In this document: positions 10,948 through 21,768 of the stretch, one piece after another
Position numbering within the stretch: the stretch's first letter is position 1
Layout: every line of letters starts with the position of its first letter
Sequence record: NC_133255.1
Reading direction: 5' to 3' (one strand)
DNA: 64,000 nucleotides
DNA from: Escherichia phage vB_EcoS-26175I
Made by a program: the position numbers and the translations under genes
The notes under the pieces: model-generated
The model's input: the letters and a program-made list of their open reading frames with translations, nothing else
Told to the model about the DNA's origin: nothing
Databases searched by the model: none

Positions 10948-13900
10948 TTAAGAATTACCAAGTGATTTCAGGGTGGTTCCATTCTCATTAAGAGCCTGTT
11001 CCACGGCATCCCTGAAAGCAGCACTGTTACTCGAAGCAAAGTCTCTGAAGCTAGCCGCATCCATCGTACTAATGTTCAGCACAATAGGTCTACCCGATGT
11101 ACCATTTGAAGATCCTTTTAGTTCATCAGTAGGAGTAGCCTTCATCGGAACCATAGGAGTGATTACTTCGGTACCATGCTCACCCATCTGGTAACTAACT
11201 CCAGGATACATATTACCACCTTCTGCACGAGGTACGAAAGAGTTCGCATTACCAATCCCTTGATCTCCTCGAATATAAGAAAGCTCACCTGCGTTAGCTG
11301 ACATAGAAACGTCTACGTTCTTCTGGCGTTCTCCAAGAGACAAGTATTGAGCTGTCTCAGTACCAGAGTCTCCAATAGAAGACATACCAGATGCAGAGGA
11401 TGCTTGTGCAAGAGACAACGCACCTGCAACACCTGCTGCAATCATAAGAGGGATAGACCACGGGTAAGGAACAGCTGTTGCTGCTTGCATCACCGCTACT
11501 GCCGTCTGAATTATGATCTGTTTCTTAGCTGCATCCTGCTGGATCTTAACCTTTTCCGCTTCCAGTTTCTTGAGCTTAGCTTTAGATGCTTCGGATTTAC
11601 CGTCACGTTTTTGCTCTGCTGCAATAGCTGCATCAATAGCACTTACCTGTTGACTAACACTATACTGAATCATTGAAGACACAGTTTGCATACCAGCCGC
11701 TACTAGAGAGGTAGTATCCAGAGATCCTTGAGAGAACTGGATCATAGCATTAGTTAGATTACCCATGCTTTGTGCTACAGCAGTTGCTTCGGAGTTCAAT
11801 TCAGACAGCTTAGAAATAGCCTGGTCATAGGATGCCATTCTATTCTGCATATCCGCGAAAGCTTTGTCATCTCCAGATAGTCCAGTTGTAGGTGTATATG
11901 TAGCTCCTACAGATGAACCTACTTGTTGTTGCATTTGAGCATTTCTTTGGGCTGCTAATGCGGACATTTGTGCTTGAGTTTTTGATATCTCAGAATTCCA
12001 TCGCATCTGTTCATCCGCATTACCTTTAGTAAACTCTTTCATTTGTTTATAGAATTCTAACTGCATTTCCATCTTTTGCATTTCCCCTGCTAGAGGGTAC
12101 ATGCCAGTTAATGTATTCTCAAATGCTTCCTGTCTTTTTGCTGCAACTCTGGATATATTATCTAACCTAGCTTTCCAGATTTCACGCTCAATCTGTGCCT
12201 GAGCACGTCTTGATTGTTCAGCATCCTTCTGTTTGTCGACCTGCTTAGAGTACCATGCATACTTCTCTTTCTCGATAGTCAGTTCAAGGTTCAACTGAGC
12301 TAACCTATACTGAGTATCTGTCATAGTACGGTTATTAAGCAGAGCAATCTCACGATCAACACCAAGGATTTTATCCGTGTAATCCTTAACCTTCTTCTGA
12401 GCTTCCATATCCTGATTGGCAATCTTGATCTTCTCTAACTGAATCTTAGCAATTTCATTTTCAATTGCTTTGTTGCCCTTGTTAGTTTCTAGTACACGCT
12501 TGAGAGCTGCTTCCTGTTCTTCTAACTGTTGAACTTCCAGATGTCTACCTGCTTCCTGTGCTTTTTCTTTATCCTTAGTCTGGTTGTATACTTCAGCAAT
12601 TTTCTGCTGAACCGCTAACTGATTCTTAGTTTCATCACCAGTCAGTTTCACATAACCAGCAAGTGCTTGAGAAGCAGTTTTCATTTCACTTAGAGTATTG
12701 TAACCTAAGTTTAGGCTCTTAACATACTCATCAGCACTTTTACCAGTACCGGCTGATAGTGATTCGATAGTCTTAATTGTATCTGATAAGGATGCGCTAG
12801 TTTTAGCCGCAGTATTAGTATTCTGAGCAATGTTCTGGATATCGTTAGCTAAATCACTAGCAGTTTTCTTAGCTTGATCATACGCTTTCTGCTGCTCCGT
12901 CAGTCCTTTCAGAGTTTCGGAGTTAAAGTCATAAACCGCATCAGGGTCATTCATATCCTTCTGCAGATTAATCTGCTTCTGAAATTCTGGATTAGCCTTA
13001 GCAGCCGCAGCACCAGCAGCTTGATACGCAGATTTCCAAGCATTAAGGTTTTCAGTAGAATCATCAACTTCTTTACCTAACCTTGCTACCTGTAGTCCCA
13101 TAGCTGCGGTTTCTTCCACAAACTTTTTATTAGCTTCGGAAGAACCTATGCGCACTCCCCCTACTTCAAATCCCCCAGCAGCTAATCCAACAGGCATTCC
13201 CTCACCTACTAATCTAATAGCGGAGGCAGTACTAGCATCTGCCTGGGACATACGTTTATCAAACTCAGTCTTTAGTTTATTACGCTTATCCAGAGACTCT
13301 TTATACATATCAAGAGCTTTATTATATCCTTCCTCGGAAGCGGAAAGACTTAAAGCTACAGCACCAACGTTAGTTGGGTCAATCTGACGGTTAGTTTCTT
13401 CCTGTGCTCTAGCAGCAGAAGCTGAGATAGATGCTTGAGAAGTATAGAATACTGCGTTGATAGAATCAATTACCGGCCCTAAATACTTAGCAGCAGCCTG
13501 TTGAATCTTTCTTAGTGCAGCATCAGCATTAGCAGCAAACTGCTCCCACGGAGTAGCACGTAAAACTTCATCTAAGTAACCAAAACGTTTAGTAGATTCT
13601 GCTATAACAGCATTAGCATACGCTTGCTGTTTCTGGAAAGTGGAAAGACTATTAATGTTATACGTAATACCTGTGTTAGCAGCATTTAACTGTTTAACGT
13701 AGTCAGCGTAAGCATCATTAAGACGAATAGTAACACCAAGTTCGTCCAGAAGTTCGATTTCTTGTTTAGATACACCCTTGATTACACGGTTAAGTGCATC
13801 AGTCATATCAACACCAAGAACAGCAGCAGCACGACGAGCTACTAGACCAAATTTATTAAGTTGTTCAGCATCAAATCCATATGCAGAGGCAGAGGATGCC

Positions 13901-14658
13901 TGTCTCATTGCTTCTTCAAACGAGATTGCATAACCAGCAGCCTCTTGTAGAGATCTAGCTAGAGTTTGTACAGGAGTACCTGTTTGAGTACCAACAATAG
14001 TACCAAACTTCTCAAGACGGTTTAACTGGTCGCCCATCTTAAGTTGTTCGAATGCAGATTGTAGAACGAACACGTTAGACGCAATAGCAGCATACATAAG
14101 AGGTAGAGAACCACCAACTTTAGCCATTGCTGCGAAGTCACGAGTAGCACCCCGTGCAGAACCAGAGGTATTACCTAGAGCACGACTAGCACGACCTGCG
14201 GATGTGGTAGTATCATTGAAGCCTCTAGTAGTACCTGACAAAGCACGGTTTGTATCGTATAATCTATCTTGAACTTTTTCAGTTGCAGCAGCTACATCGT
14301 TACCCATCGCCTTAACAGATTTACCAACATGTGTAAATCCAGACTCTAGCTTATCAGATACCTCAATCATAGCAATAGCAAGGTCATCTAACTTAGCACC
14401 AATACTATCCATAGATTTGGTGATGCCCATCATACCTCTGCTAGCCTGCATTTTTGTTAGACTTTTGGCTGCCCTATCTGCTGCCCTCTCAATGGAATAA
14501 AGAGTTTTGGGCATTTTTCCTAGCTGCTCATTAGTCAGTTCGGAAGCAGCAGCAGCGTTTTCTAACGCATCAGATACGTTTTCAATAGACTTTGCAGTAC
14601 GGGTTGCCCCTTTCTGCTTTACATCTATAAGTAGTTCTCGTATTAGCTTATCAGTCAT
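10948..14658 (-). CDS. tail tape measure protein (T5 pb2-like)
   Basis: 1236-aa ORF, long Ala/Gln-rich coiled-coil central region, position between chaperones and Dit. Confidence 0.85.
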   Translation of the reverse strand: MTDKLIRELLIDVKQKGATRTAKSIENVSDALENAAAASELTNEQLGKMPKTLYSIERAADRAAKSLTKMQASRGMMGITKSMDSIGAKLDDLAIAMIEVSDKLESGFTHVGKSVKAMGNDVAAATEKVQDRLYDTNRALSGTTRGFNDTTTSAGRASRALGNTSGSARGATRDFAAMAKVGGSLPLMYAAIASNVFVLQSAFEQLKMGDQLNRLEKFGTIVGTQTGTPVQTLARSLQEAAGYAISFEEAMRQASSASAYGFDAEQLNKFGLVARRAAAVLGVDMTDALNRVIKGVSKQEIELLDELGVTIRLNDAYADYVKQLNAANTGITYNINSLSTFQKQQAYANAVIAESTKRFGYLDEVLRATPWEQFAANADAALRKIQQAAAKYLGPVIDSINAVFYTSQASISASAARAQEETNRQIDPTNVGAVALSLSASEEGYNKALDMYKESLDKRNKLKTEFDKRMSQADASTASAIRLVGEGMPVGLAAGGFEVGGVRIGSSEANKKFVEETAAMGLQVARLGKEVDDSTENLNAWKSAYQAAGAAAAKANPEFQKQINLQKDMNDPDAVYDFNSETLKGLTEQQKAYDQAKKTASDLANDIQNIAQNTNTAAKTSASLSDTIKTIESLSAGTGKSADEYVKSLNLGYNTLSEMKTASQALAGYVKLTGDETKNQLAVQQKIAEVYNQTKDKEKAQEAGRHLEVQQLEEQEAALKRVLETNKGNKAIENEIAKIQLEKIKIANQDMEAQKKVKDYTDKILGVDREIALLNNRTMTDTQYRLAQLNLELTIEKEKYAWYSKQVDKQKDAEQSRRAQAQIEREIWKARLDNISRVAAKRQEAFENTLTGMYPLAGEMQKMEMQLEFYKQMKEFTKGNADEQMRWNSEISKTQAQMSALAAQRNAQMQQQVGSSVGATYTPTTGLSGDDKAFADMQNRMASYDQAISKLSELNSEATAVAQSMGNLTNAMIQFSQGSLDTTSLVAAGMQTVSSMIQYSVSQQVSAIDAAIAAEQKRDGKSEASKAKLKKLEAEKVKIQQDAAKKQIIIQTAVAVMQAATAVPYPWSIPLMIAAGVAGALSLAQASSASGMSSIGDSGTETAQYLSLGERQKNVDVSMSANAGELSYIRGDQGIGNANSFVPRAEGGNMYPGVSYQMGEHGTEVITPMVPMKATPTDELKGSSNGTSGRPIVLNISTMDAASFRDFASSNSAAFRDAVEQALNENGTTLKSLGNS

Positions 14659-14669
14659 TTATTTTTCCC

Positions 14670-14703
14670 AATAAAAAAGGCTCTGGGCAAATCACCCAGA
14701 GCC
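14670..14703 (-). terminator. rho-independent terminator immediately upstream of tape measure start
   Basis: Hairpin GGCTCTGGG-N6-CCCAGAGCC followed by T6 on minus strand. Confidence 0.7.
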
Positions 14704-14741
14704 AAGCCTCATCGTGGAACGCCCATTGGAGGAAACTTTTA

Positions 14742-15107
14742 CTAAGCTCGAGATCTAGCATGTGGTTTAATGTTCGGAGTACGACCATTAGGTTTACTAT
14801 GCTTCTCGGCTCTCTTACGAGCTGCATCTACAGCTTTCGAATCAAATATATTGATAATGTGTAGAACAAACTCTTTCTCTATAGGATCAGTAATCCCATA
14901 GATATCAAATAAAACACCTAGTGCACTTTTGTCTTTCCCTATAAATATAGGAAAGTCACCGGGTATGAAACAATCAATAAGACTATTATAAATATTCATA
15001 CTAGTAGATACAATAGGTGGAAAATCTTCGAGCTCAACAGGCATTGCCTTAGGATCAGGTTCAATACCTAGAGACTCACAAAGCATTAAATATTGTTGTT
15101 TTGTCAT
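14742..15107 (-). CDS. tail assembly chaperone (putative)
   Basis: 121-aa ORF immediately upstream of tape measure gene. Confidence 0.45.
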   Translation of the reverse strand: MTKQQYLMLCESLGIEPDPKAMPVELEDFPPIVSTSMNIYNSLIDCFIPGDFPIFIGKDKSALGVLFDIYGITDPIEKEFVLHIINIFDSKAVDAARKRAEKHSKPNGRTPNIKPHARSRA

Positions 15108-15168
15108 TTTAGATGCTGAGGATTTAATGCATTTATCTGCAAAATCGGCAACAGCATCTAGTAACTGC

Positions 15169-15573
15169 TTACGCTTTTGAGCTACGAAAAGTGTCTAAGT
15201 GGAACACTGTCTGGTTGATCCAAGAATCAAACGCAGCAGAGTTCTGCATAAGCATGATAGCATTATCGCGACTAAATGGAACTTCAGTAGTAGGATCAGC
15301 TTCAGTTTCGATAAGCATCAGCTTCTCAACATCTCCAATCGTCAAGCCAGTCCAGCCAGCAATTGCAGTATCAACGAAAGCTTCAATAAACTTATCATCG
15401 TCCTGAACCTGAATCATAGTACCATTAACCCACTCGTCACGCTTAGCAGAAGAGATAACACGCTTAGATGCAGCACGAGACATGTAGTTCAGTTGCAGCT
15501 TGAAGTTAGGCATACCTGGGTAAGCCAGCTCAATAGTACGAGTTTCAAGGGTAATATCTTTTAAATTGATCAT
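15169..15573 (-). CDS. tail assembly chaperone (putative)
   Basis: 134-aa ORF between p140-like and tape measure genes. Confidence 0.45.
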   Translation of the reverse strand: MINLKDITLETRTIELAYPGMPNFKLQLNYMSRAASKRVISSAKRDEWVNGTMIQVQDDDKFIEAFVDTAIAGWTGLTIGDVEKLMLIETEADPTTEVPFSRDNAIMLMQNSAAFDSWINQTVFHLDTFRSSKA

Positions 15574-16469
15574 TTCTTTATTTCTCCAAAGAAGTCGATT
15601 CTTACCGGATCAGAGTCTGCAGTAGGGATTACATCCCATTCAACTCTGTATATATCCGAGAATTGTAGGCGTTTTGTTATACGTGCTGAAGGAAAATCTA
15701 TCGAAATATGTTCATTTCGGATGGTTAATGGTATGTCAGTTTCGGGTTCAATATTATAAAACATATCACCAGCAAATCGCTTGGTGTAGTAAAATGCAAT
15801 TGTTGCCGAAGCATTCATCTCATTAACATAAGCTCTCTTATTATTATATATTTTGTTTATGTCAAATACGCTTTTATCTTCTCTCCAAGAACATTGTTGC
15901 TGGAATGACATAGAAGCAGATAAAAGAGCTGGTAAAACGTTACTATTGGTAGATACTCTAGGAGGACTATATGATATGACTTCACCCTGAATAATAGAAC
16001 CAGAGGGGGTAGAAGTAGATACCTCAGAGAACTTACCAGATTCAATTCCTACGTTTAAAATAGGAACACTTTTATCTAGAGAAAAGTCTATGGTAGATAC
16101 ATAGCAATTCTCAAAGTACACACAGTTATTATCTTTATTAACTATGTATATATTAAACATTGTTGGCTCAATATTTGTACTATAAAGTGGTAGTAAGAAT
16201 GTATGACCCTCTCGATCAAAGCCCATCCATTCAAAGAAGTTAGCTTCAGTAAGGGTATTACTAAAATTTATAGCCAGCGATATTGAAGATGGAGTTTGTG
16301 CGTTAATAATAGAGTCAGCATAATTGGTCCTACGATGGATAGTCCTACGAAGAGTTTTAAATTCCTCATAGGACGTATTGATATCGTAATTTGACAGAGC
16401 ATCAAAATGATAAGCCCTGCCATCATACTCAACTATAACTTTTGACTCCCTCATTAGAGAGTAGTACAT
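15570..16469 (-). CDS. minor tail protein (T5 p140-like)
   Basis: 299-aa ORF directly downstream of tail tube gene; size/synteny as T5 p140. Confidence 0.55.
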   Translation of the reverse strand: MYYSLMRESKVIVEYDGRAYHFDALSNYDINTSYEEFKTLRRTIHRRTNYADSIINAQTPSSISLAINFSNTLTEANFFEWMGFDREGHTFLLPLYSTNIEPTMFNIYIVNKDNNCVYFENCYVSTIDFSLDKSVPILNVGIESGKFSEVSTSTPSGSIIQGEVISYSPPRVSTNSNVLPALLSASMSFQQQCSWREDKSVFDINKIYNNKRAYVNEMNASATIAFYYTKRFAGDMFYNIEPETDIPLTIRNEHISIDFPSARITKRLQFSDIYRVEWDVIPTADSDPVRIDFFGEIKK

Positions 16470-16473
16470 TTAA

Positions 16474-17883
16474 TTAGCCACCAGAAGCAGTAACTGTAAT
16501 GCTCTTAGTACCTTCTACACCAGAACCATCTTTAGCTACGGCTTTCACAGTAACTGCACCAGTCTTAGAAGCATCAGCGGTCAGTAAACCAGAAGTTGCA
16601 TCAATAGTAGCAGCAGTACCGGAGGAAATAGACCAAGTTACTTCCTTATTAGTAGCTTCAGCAGGCAAAATATCTACAGTCATCTGAAGAGTTGCACTAT
16701 TATCAACGGAAGCTACATCACCCGCGGATTTAACAGTAATACCTGTTACTTTAACCGGAGCTGCTTTACCACCGTCACCAGTTGCAATCAGATTTGCAAT
16801 AGTAGTTTTAGTGTACTTATTAGAGAAACCAAGATAACCTTCATCACCAGTATCCAGATCAGTAGGAATTGCTTTGAACTCTACAGAAGTACCAAGTACA
16901 TCGTCAGTCTCAATAGTTGGGATGTTAACGTGAGCTTGCTTAGCAACTAGAACAGCGGCTGGGCGCTCATCATCATATTCACCACCAAGTACTAGAGCGA
17001 TTTCGAAACGGTTAACCACTTTAAGAGTCTTAATCAGATCTTTGTACAGATCCATAGAACCTAGAGCTTTATCGTTAAGATAAGCAGTCAGAGAACCAGT
17101 TAACTCGAATGCACCAGTAAATGAACCGATTGGGATGTTAACGCGGGACATGACGTTCGGAGTCAGATAGGTGATGTTGTTGTTGATTGTAAAGCTACCA
17201 CCAGTGATCGGAATGTCATATGCCTTACCAGTATCCATATCCTTAATTTTGAGGATAGTCAGTTTGTTCTTGATATAAGAACCCTGGATAGTCATGTAAG
17301 TTTCATCATCAATACCCACAGTATCAGGATCAAATGGAGCAGCGTCCAGAGGGATCAGCTGGTTACCATTACCTGACCAAGTTACACGACCGATATCTTC
17401 TATATCAACGTTTACTTCAGCCTGGTTGATCTGACAGGAATCAATGTAGCTCCATGCTTTATCAGTAAGGATGTAAATATGTAGCATTGCCAGCTGGTGG
17501 TATGCGTTATCCCTAAAGTTAACCATGAAGTTAGTTTCGTTAGTGTGAGCACCTGTATCACCATCTAGGTTGATAGGCTTACCACTAGAAAGAGCATGCC
17601 ACAGCATGTAGTCCGGAACGATCTGTTTACTAGTAGTCTTGTCTAAGTAAGGCAGGAGGTAAGTAGAGAAACTCCACTCAGCTGCGTTCAGGGAGTCGTT
17701 GAAACGTTTTGAACCACGAGTTGGACGCGGACCAGCTTCACTAACAGTAATATCGGTTGAGTTACTGTCCTGACCCCAAGAAATATCATCTTGAACTAGA
17801 ATCTCTTGCGTGTTGGTCTTATCGTGACCAGTCTTAACCGTAGACACGAAGATTCGAGTATTACGTAATAGTTGTAAAGACAT
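16474..17883 (-). CDS. major tail tube protein with C-terminal Ig-like domain (T5 pb6-like)
   Basis: 469-aa ORF; C-terminal ~90 aa has Big_2-like pattern (VTVKAVAKDGSGVEGTKSITV); synteny. Confidence 0.75.
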   Translation of the reverse strand: MSLQLLRNTRIFVSTVKTGHDKTNTQEILVQDDISWGQDSNSTDITVSEAGPRPTRGSKRFNDSLNAAEWSFSTYLLPYLDKTTSKQIVPDYMLWHALSSGKPINLDGDTGAHTNETNFMVNFRDNAYHQLAMLHIYILTDKAWSYIDSCQINQAEVNVDIEDIGRVTWSGNGNQLIPLDAAPFDPDTVGIDDETYMTIQGSYIKNKLTILKIKDMDTGKAYDIPITGGSFTINNNITYLTPNVMSRVNIPIGSFTGAFELTGSLTAYLNDKALGSMDLYKDLIKTLKVVNRFEIALVLGGEYDDERPAAVLVAKQAHVNIPTIETDDVLGTSVEFKAIPTDLDTGDEGYLGFSNKYTKTTIANLIATGDGGKAAPVKVTGITVKSAGDVASVDNSATLQMTVDILPAEATNKEVTWSISSGTAATIDATSGLLTADASKTGAVTVKAVAKDGSGVEGTKSITVTASGG

Positions 17884-17909
17884 TTATTTATATTCTCCTA
17901 ATCTGTAAC

Positions 17910-18395
17910 TTATCTGCGAAGTGCCCTACGAGGTGGCTGATACCTCACTGTTACATTTATTTCCGCTAAACCATATGGGGCCAGTAGACCCTCATCTGTA
18001 GCTACTGAAGTGATGCTCATATCAGTAGCCTCACATGGGAAGGTCGATCCATTAGGTTTACTAACAGTATATTCTAAATTTCCACCTGTGTCAATAACGG
18101 TTTTTATATCCGCTACGAGTTTTTCAAGTTGCTCTTGAATGTCTGTTTTCTCTTTATCATACACCAGGATCGGAAGTTCTAAAAACATCCACTGTTGGCC
18201 TGAGGGAAGATACTGCCCAGTTTCAGTTCCGATATGGACTGCCACATAAGGAAATTCTCGGATTTCCTCGAATTTATAAGTTTGACGAGAAACGTTTCCA
18301 TAAAGATTATTGAAATACTCGTCAGGTTGTGAACCATCCATTTGTGTGGCGATTCGGTCAACCACTGCTTGTGCAATACTTGTTCTGTGATCCAT
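17910..18395 (-). CDS. tail terminator protein (T5 p142-like)
   Basis: 161-aa ORF between tail completion and tail tube genes. Confidence 0.55.
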   Translation of the reverse strand: MDHRTSIAQAVVDRIATQMDGSQPDEYFNNLYGNVSRQTYKFEEIREFPYVAVHIGTETGQYLPSGQQWMFLELPILVYDKEKTDIQEQLEKLVADIKTVIDTGGNLEYTVSKPNGSTFPCEATDMSITSVATDEGLLAPYGLAEINVTVRYQPPRRALRR

Positions 18396-18398
18396 TTA

Positions 18399-19166
18399 TT
18401 AGGTTCCTTGATTAACCTTGATTTTATATCTAGAGTGAATCAGGTCTCTTGCAGCTTTTGCGATTGCTTCCCCAATAAGTTTTTGAGGGTTTCGAGCGCC
18501 AGGGTAAGGTCGTAGAGAAAGTCTTCGGTATGTAGAAACTGCGGGGTTGAACACAGAGTAAGGACGAACCATATAGTTATACGTCACATTCAGCTCTGGA
18601 GCACCTTTACTAGTTTCTGCATCACGTAGCATAACGTCTTTAATCTTTAAGGAGTTAGCGAAGCGACCAGTTCTGAACTTCAATGGTGCCCCTGCTTTTT
18701 TCATATCCTTAATTAAGTATTCCTTAGCAACTAATTCAAGAATAATACGCATGTTGCTATTTGATACAAAACGACCAGAAGCACCTGTTACTGCACCAGA
18801 ATAGCCATCTTCAGTATCTCTAGGATCTCCAAAGTTTACCTGAACCCTACCAGTAGAACGTTTTTTACCAACAGCAGAACGTTTGCCTGCGGTTGCTTGA
18901 ATCAGATTCTCTAGAGCGCCTAAATCACCAGAAAGATCTAAGTTAGAAGAGACAGCCTTCAGTATAGATGCTGTCCTAACATTTAATAAGTCTTGTGACA
19001 CTGGCTTTGAGAACTTGAAAGATACCTGTGCAACTGTACCGTCTCTTGTAGGATCTTTCAAACCAGTCTCAACTGTATATACAACAGTATTCCTATTATT
19101 CTCGGATCGTCCAGCAGTATCTAGCTGCTCTTTAATAATTTGTGTAGCTAGATCAGAAAGAGCCAT
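18399..19166 (-). CDS. tail completion / head-tail joining protein (T5 p143-like)
   Basis: 255-aa ORF, synteny. Confidence 0.5.
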   Translation of the reverse strand: MALSDLATQIIKEQLDTAGRSENNRNTVVYTVETGLKDPTRDGTVAQVSFKFSKPVSQDLLNVRTASILKAVSSNLDLSGDLGALENLIQATAGKRSAVGKKRSTGRVQVNFGDPRDTEDGYSGAVTGASGRFVSNSNMRIILELVAKEYLIKDMKKAGAPLKFRTGRFANSLKIKDVMLRDAETSKGAPELNVTYNYMVRPYSVFNPAVSTYRRLSLRPYPGARNPQKLIGEAIAKAARDLIHSRYKIKVNQGT

Positions 19167-19678
19167 TATACTCTCCTATATACTTCGACGATTGTACGAA
19201 TATGCTCTGGAATGCCAGACTTAGTACTATTAAACGTAATTGTCTCCCCGCCAATAGTCTTGGCTTGACGATAATCTTGTTTATGCCAATGGTCTACTAA
19301 CAGACATGCCGCTAGTTTAAGATCTTCAGGCATTGGATTGAAACCACCTTGAGTATATTCTACATCCATATATCCTTCTGGAGGATTGAACTTTAAGAGA
19401 ATAATACCATCAGGATACAGTTTAAACTGTTCTGGGTCTATTTCATTCTCGTTAATAGTCATCTTTGTAATAGATGTGGCTGAGGGGGAACTCAAAAAAT
19501 ATTTCCTACGGCTAGGTTTTGTGGTGATTAATTGATCTACCGCATCTGCATCATCCATACCTAGAAGGCTTGTAATCAGCGTATTGGCAGCTTTAATCAT
19601 CATCTCAACCTGAGTTTCCATATCAGGTCGCTTTGCGTTAGCATATAGTCTGTAGTCTTCAACAGTGATGATTTGCAT
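19166..19678 (-). CDS. head completion/adaptor protein (T5 p144-like)
   Basis: 170-aa ORF immediately downstream of major capsid gene. Confidence 0.5.
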   Translation of the reverse strand: MQIITVEDYRLYANAKRPDMETQVEMMIKAANTLITSLLGMDDADAVDQLITTKPSRRKYFLSSPSATSITKMTINENEIDPEQFKLYPDGIILLKFNPPEGYMDVEYTQGGFNPMPEDLKLAACLLVDHWHKQDYRQAKTIGGETITFNSTKSGIPEHIRTIVEVYRRV

Positions 19679-19689
19679 TTATTTTTCCC

Positions 19690-19718
19690 AATAAAAAAAG
19701 GAGAGCCGAAGCTCTCCT
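19690..19718 (-). terminator. rho-independent terminator after major capsid gene
   Basis: Hairpin GGAGAGC-CGAA-GCTCTCC followed by T7 on minus strand. Confidence 0.75.
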
Positions 19719-19738
19719 TATCGGCTGAAAAGCCTGTA

Positions 19739-21115
19739 TTAAGCGGCAGCGTAAGCACCAGATACAACGCCATTTTCGAAGTAACGTTGCAGGTTAACAC
19801 GCTGAGTAACGTAGTACGCGTCACGCTGTTTGCCAGCTTGGCGCTCACGTTCAACAGTAACAGCACGCTGACGCGGCATTACGAAGTTATCTTTGTAAAC
19901 GATAACTGCAAACTCTGCAGAAGCAGCTTTAGCTGGGAAGTACTCAGAAACTACAACCGGTAGACCGTAAATACGACCAACCTGACCCTGTAGTTTAACA
20001 GCATCGTTACCAACCTGGGCAACATCCTGCCATTCTTCATCTTCCAGCAGATCGTAGTAAGCATCCATAGATACGATCAGTACCAGTTTGCTCAGTTTCA
20101 GACCGTGACGGCCTAGTTTACGACGCAGCTTGGAGATAGTCTTAGCAGTTACCAGAACTGAACCGTCAGCTTTAGCTTCGGTAACAACCTTAGCACCATC
20201 ATCAGCAGCCAGTTTCAGCAGACCCTTAGGCTGACCAGTACCATTACCGGACATGAAAGCTTCTTCGATAGAAACAGCATGTGCTTCGATTAGACGCTTA
20301 CGCAGCAGAGGCAGCAGGGAGAAGATTGCATCTTCTTCAGTTTCATCAGTGATGAAGGACTTAGCAGCTAGCTTGTAAGTTTTGAAGCTGATTTCAGTCA
20401 GTTGACCTTTAACTTCGTCACCAACAGTTTCGTCAGTACCGAATTTGGAAGCATCTACCCAAGTAGCACGACCAGCTTCTGGTTCAACGAGCATAGTAAG
20501 GATTTTGCTGGACATTGGCAGTTCATCGAACAGTGCACCAACTACCAGTTCCTTCTGCAGGTCACGGATAATACGGGTAGAGAAGATAGTTTCATATGCT
20601 TCGCTAGACATGGAAACGGAAGAAGAACCGTTAACAGCTTTAACGTGAGCCTTACCATGCTCTGTTTCGAATACGTCCTTCTCCATCATATAAGACAGAA
20701 GAACCAGTTTCTCAACTTCATCTTCGAAAGCATCCTGAGTACCATAAAGAGCTTTAGCTACGCTATCACCAACGAAGGAACGACCTTCACGAGCTGCCAA
20801 CAGAGACTTGATTTCGTCCTGAAGACCAACGATGGTTTCCTGCTGCTTTTCTACAGTCTGTGCAAACAGTTCTGCGCTCTTCTTAGACTTCTCGTCCAGG
20901 TTCTTAACCAGATCCAGAGCTTCTTCCAGACGCTTACGGTCTTCACCAACAGCTTTAGATACTAGGTCATTCATACGAGACAGTTCTTTTTCTTCCTGCT
21001 CTTCACGCAGACGCTTAGCTTCCGCAGCTTTCTGAGCAGCAGTCAGACCTTCCAGAGATTTAGCCAGATCACCCAGACCAAGTTCTTCCTTCAGCTTATT
21101 AATATCAATAGTCAT
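19739..21115 (-). CDS. major capsid protein precursor (T5 pb8-like)
   Basis: 458-aa ORF (T5 pb8 is 458 aa); follows protease and decoration genes; strong terminator downstream. Confidence 0.75.
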   Translation of the reverse strand: MTIDINKLKEELGLGDLAKSLEGLTAAQKAAEAKRLREEQEEKELSRMNDLVSKAVGEDRKRLEEALDLVKNLDEKSKKSAELFAQTVEKQQETIVGLQDEIKSLLAAREGRSFVGDSVAKALYGTQDAFEDEVEKLVLLSYMMEKDVFETEHGKAHVKAVNGSSSVSMSSEAYETIFSTRIIRDLQKELVVGALFDELPMSSKILTMLVEPEAGRATWVDASKFGTDETVGDEVKGQLTEISFKTYKLAAKSFITDETEEDAIFSLLPLLRKRLIEAHAVSIEEAFMSGNGTGQPKGLLKLAADDGAKVVTEAKADGSVLVTAKTISKLRRKLGRHGLKLSKLVLIVSMDAYYDLLEDEEWQDVAQVGNDAVKLQGQVGRIYGLPVVVSEYFPAKAASAEFAVIVYKDNFVMPRQRAVTVERERQAGKQRDAYYVTQRVNLQRYFENGVVSGAYAAA

Positions 21116-21132
21116 TTTTAAATAATTCTCCG

Positions 21133-21765
21133 TTATTCTTTAACGTAGCCTAAAGCTATCGCAAGTTTTTCTAGTTCAGAAAGATTACGTTCTTGAGCTG
21201 GGACAGCCTTAGAACTTGTTGCAGTAAAAGATTTGCGCCATTCAGTGTAATCGTGACCATTCATACTCTTAGCGAGGTTGAACGTTGAGTCCTGATTACA
21301 AGGTACAGAGACTACCGAAACTTCGTATAGTTCTAAATCTTTAATAATAAATATGTCAGTAGCCTCATCCCATTCTGCATCTAGGCAGCGGAATCCGATA
21401 CTGAAGGTTTTCAGTACACCGTTTTTAATTAGTGAAAAGATAGCGGGATCAGAACTTTCATAAATCTCGCATTCAATTTCGAGACCCATTTCAGTAGGAT
21501 TAAGATCAATACACTTGCCGATTGGACGACGATGGTCGTGGCCGAAAAGAATAATCGGGTTTTTCATGTAGTTAGCAAGTGCATTAGACGTTTTCCATGC
21601 CGAAGCAGGAATTACGTCACCAGCGCGATCTTTACTAATTGTATTAGCGAATCCACGGATTTTTATAACACCCTCTTTGGATTCGCTATCAATAGACTTA
21701 ATGTAAGCGTCTAAATGAACCGGTGCTGATTTTAACTTGTTATAGTCAATAGCAGCATTTGTCAT
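21133..21765 (-). CDS. prohead protease (T5 pb11-like)
   Basis: 210-aa ORF between decoration and capsid genes. Confidence 0.6.
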   Translation of the reverse strand: MTNAAIDYNKLKSAPVHLDAYIKSIDSESKEGVIKIRGFANTISKDRAGDVIPASAWKTSNALANYMKNPIILFGHDHRRPIGKCIDLNPTEMGLEIECEIYESSDPAIFSLIKNGVLKTFSIGFRCLDAEWDEATDIFIIKDLELYEVSVVSVPCNQDSTFNLAKSMNGHDYTEWRKSFTATSSKAVPAQERNLSELEKLAIALGYVKE

Positions 21766-21768
21766 TTA

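Noticed and set aside
15857-16045. 62-aa minus-strand ORF inside p140-like gene (and similar nested short ORFs at 18179, 29367, 30739, 32041, 48654, 49130, 50533)
   Set aside because: Out-of-frame ORFs nested within longer, better-supported genes on the same strand.
20402-20965. 187-aa plus-strand ORF and other plus-strand ORFs inside late genes
   Set aside because: Embedded antisense within the major capsid gene (others within tape measure, pb3, A1); no RBS, and the late block is uniformly minus-strand.
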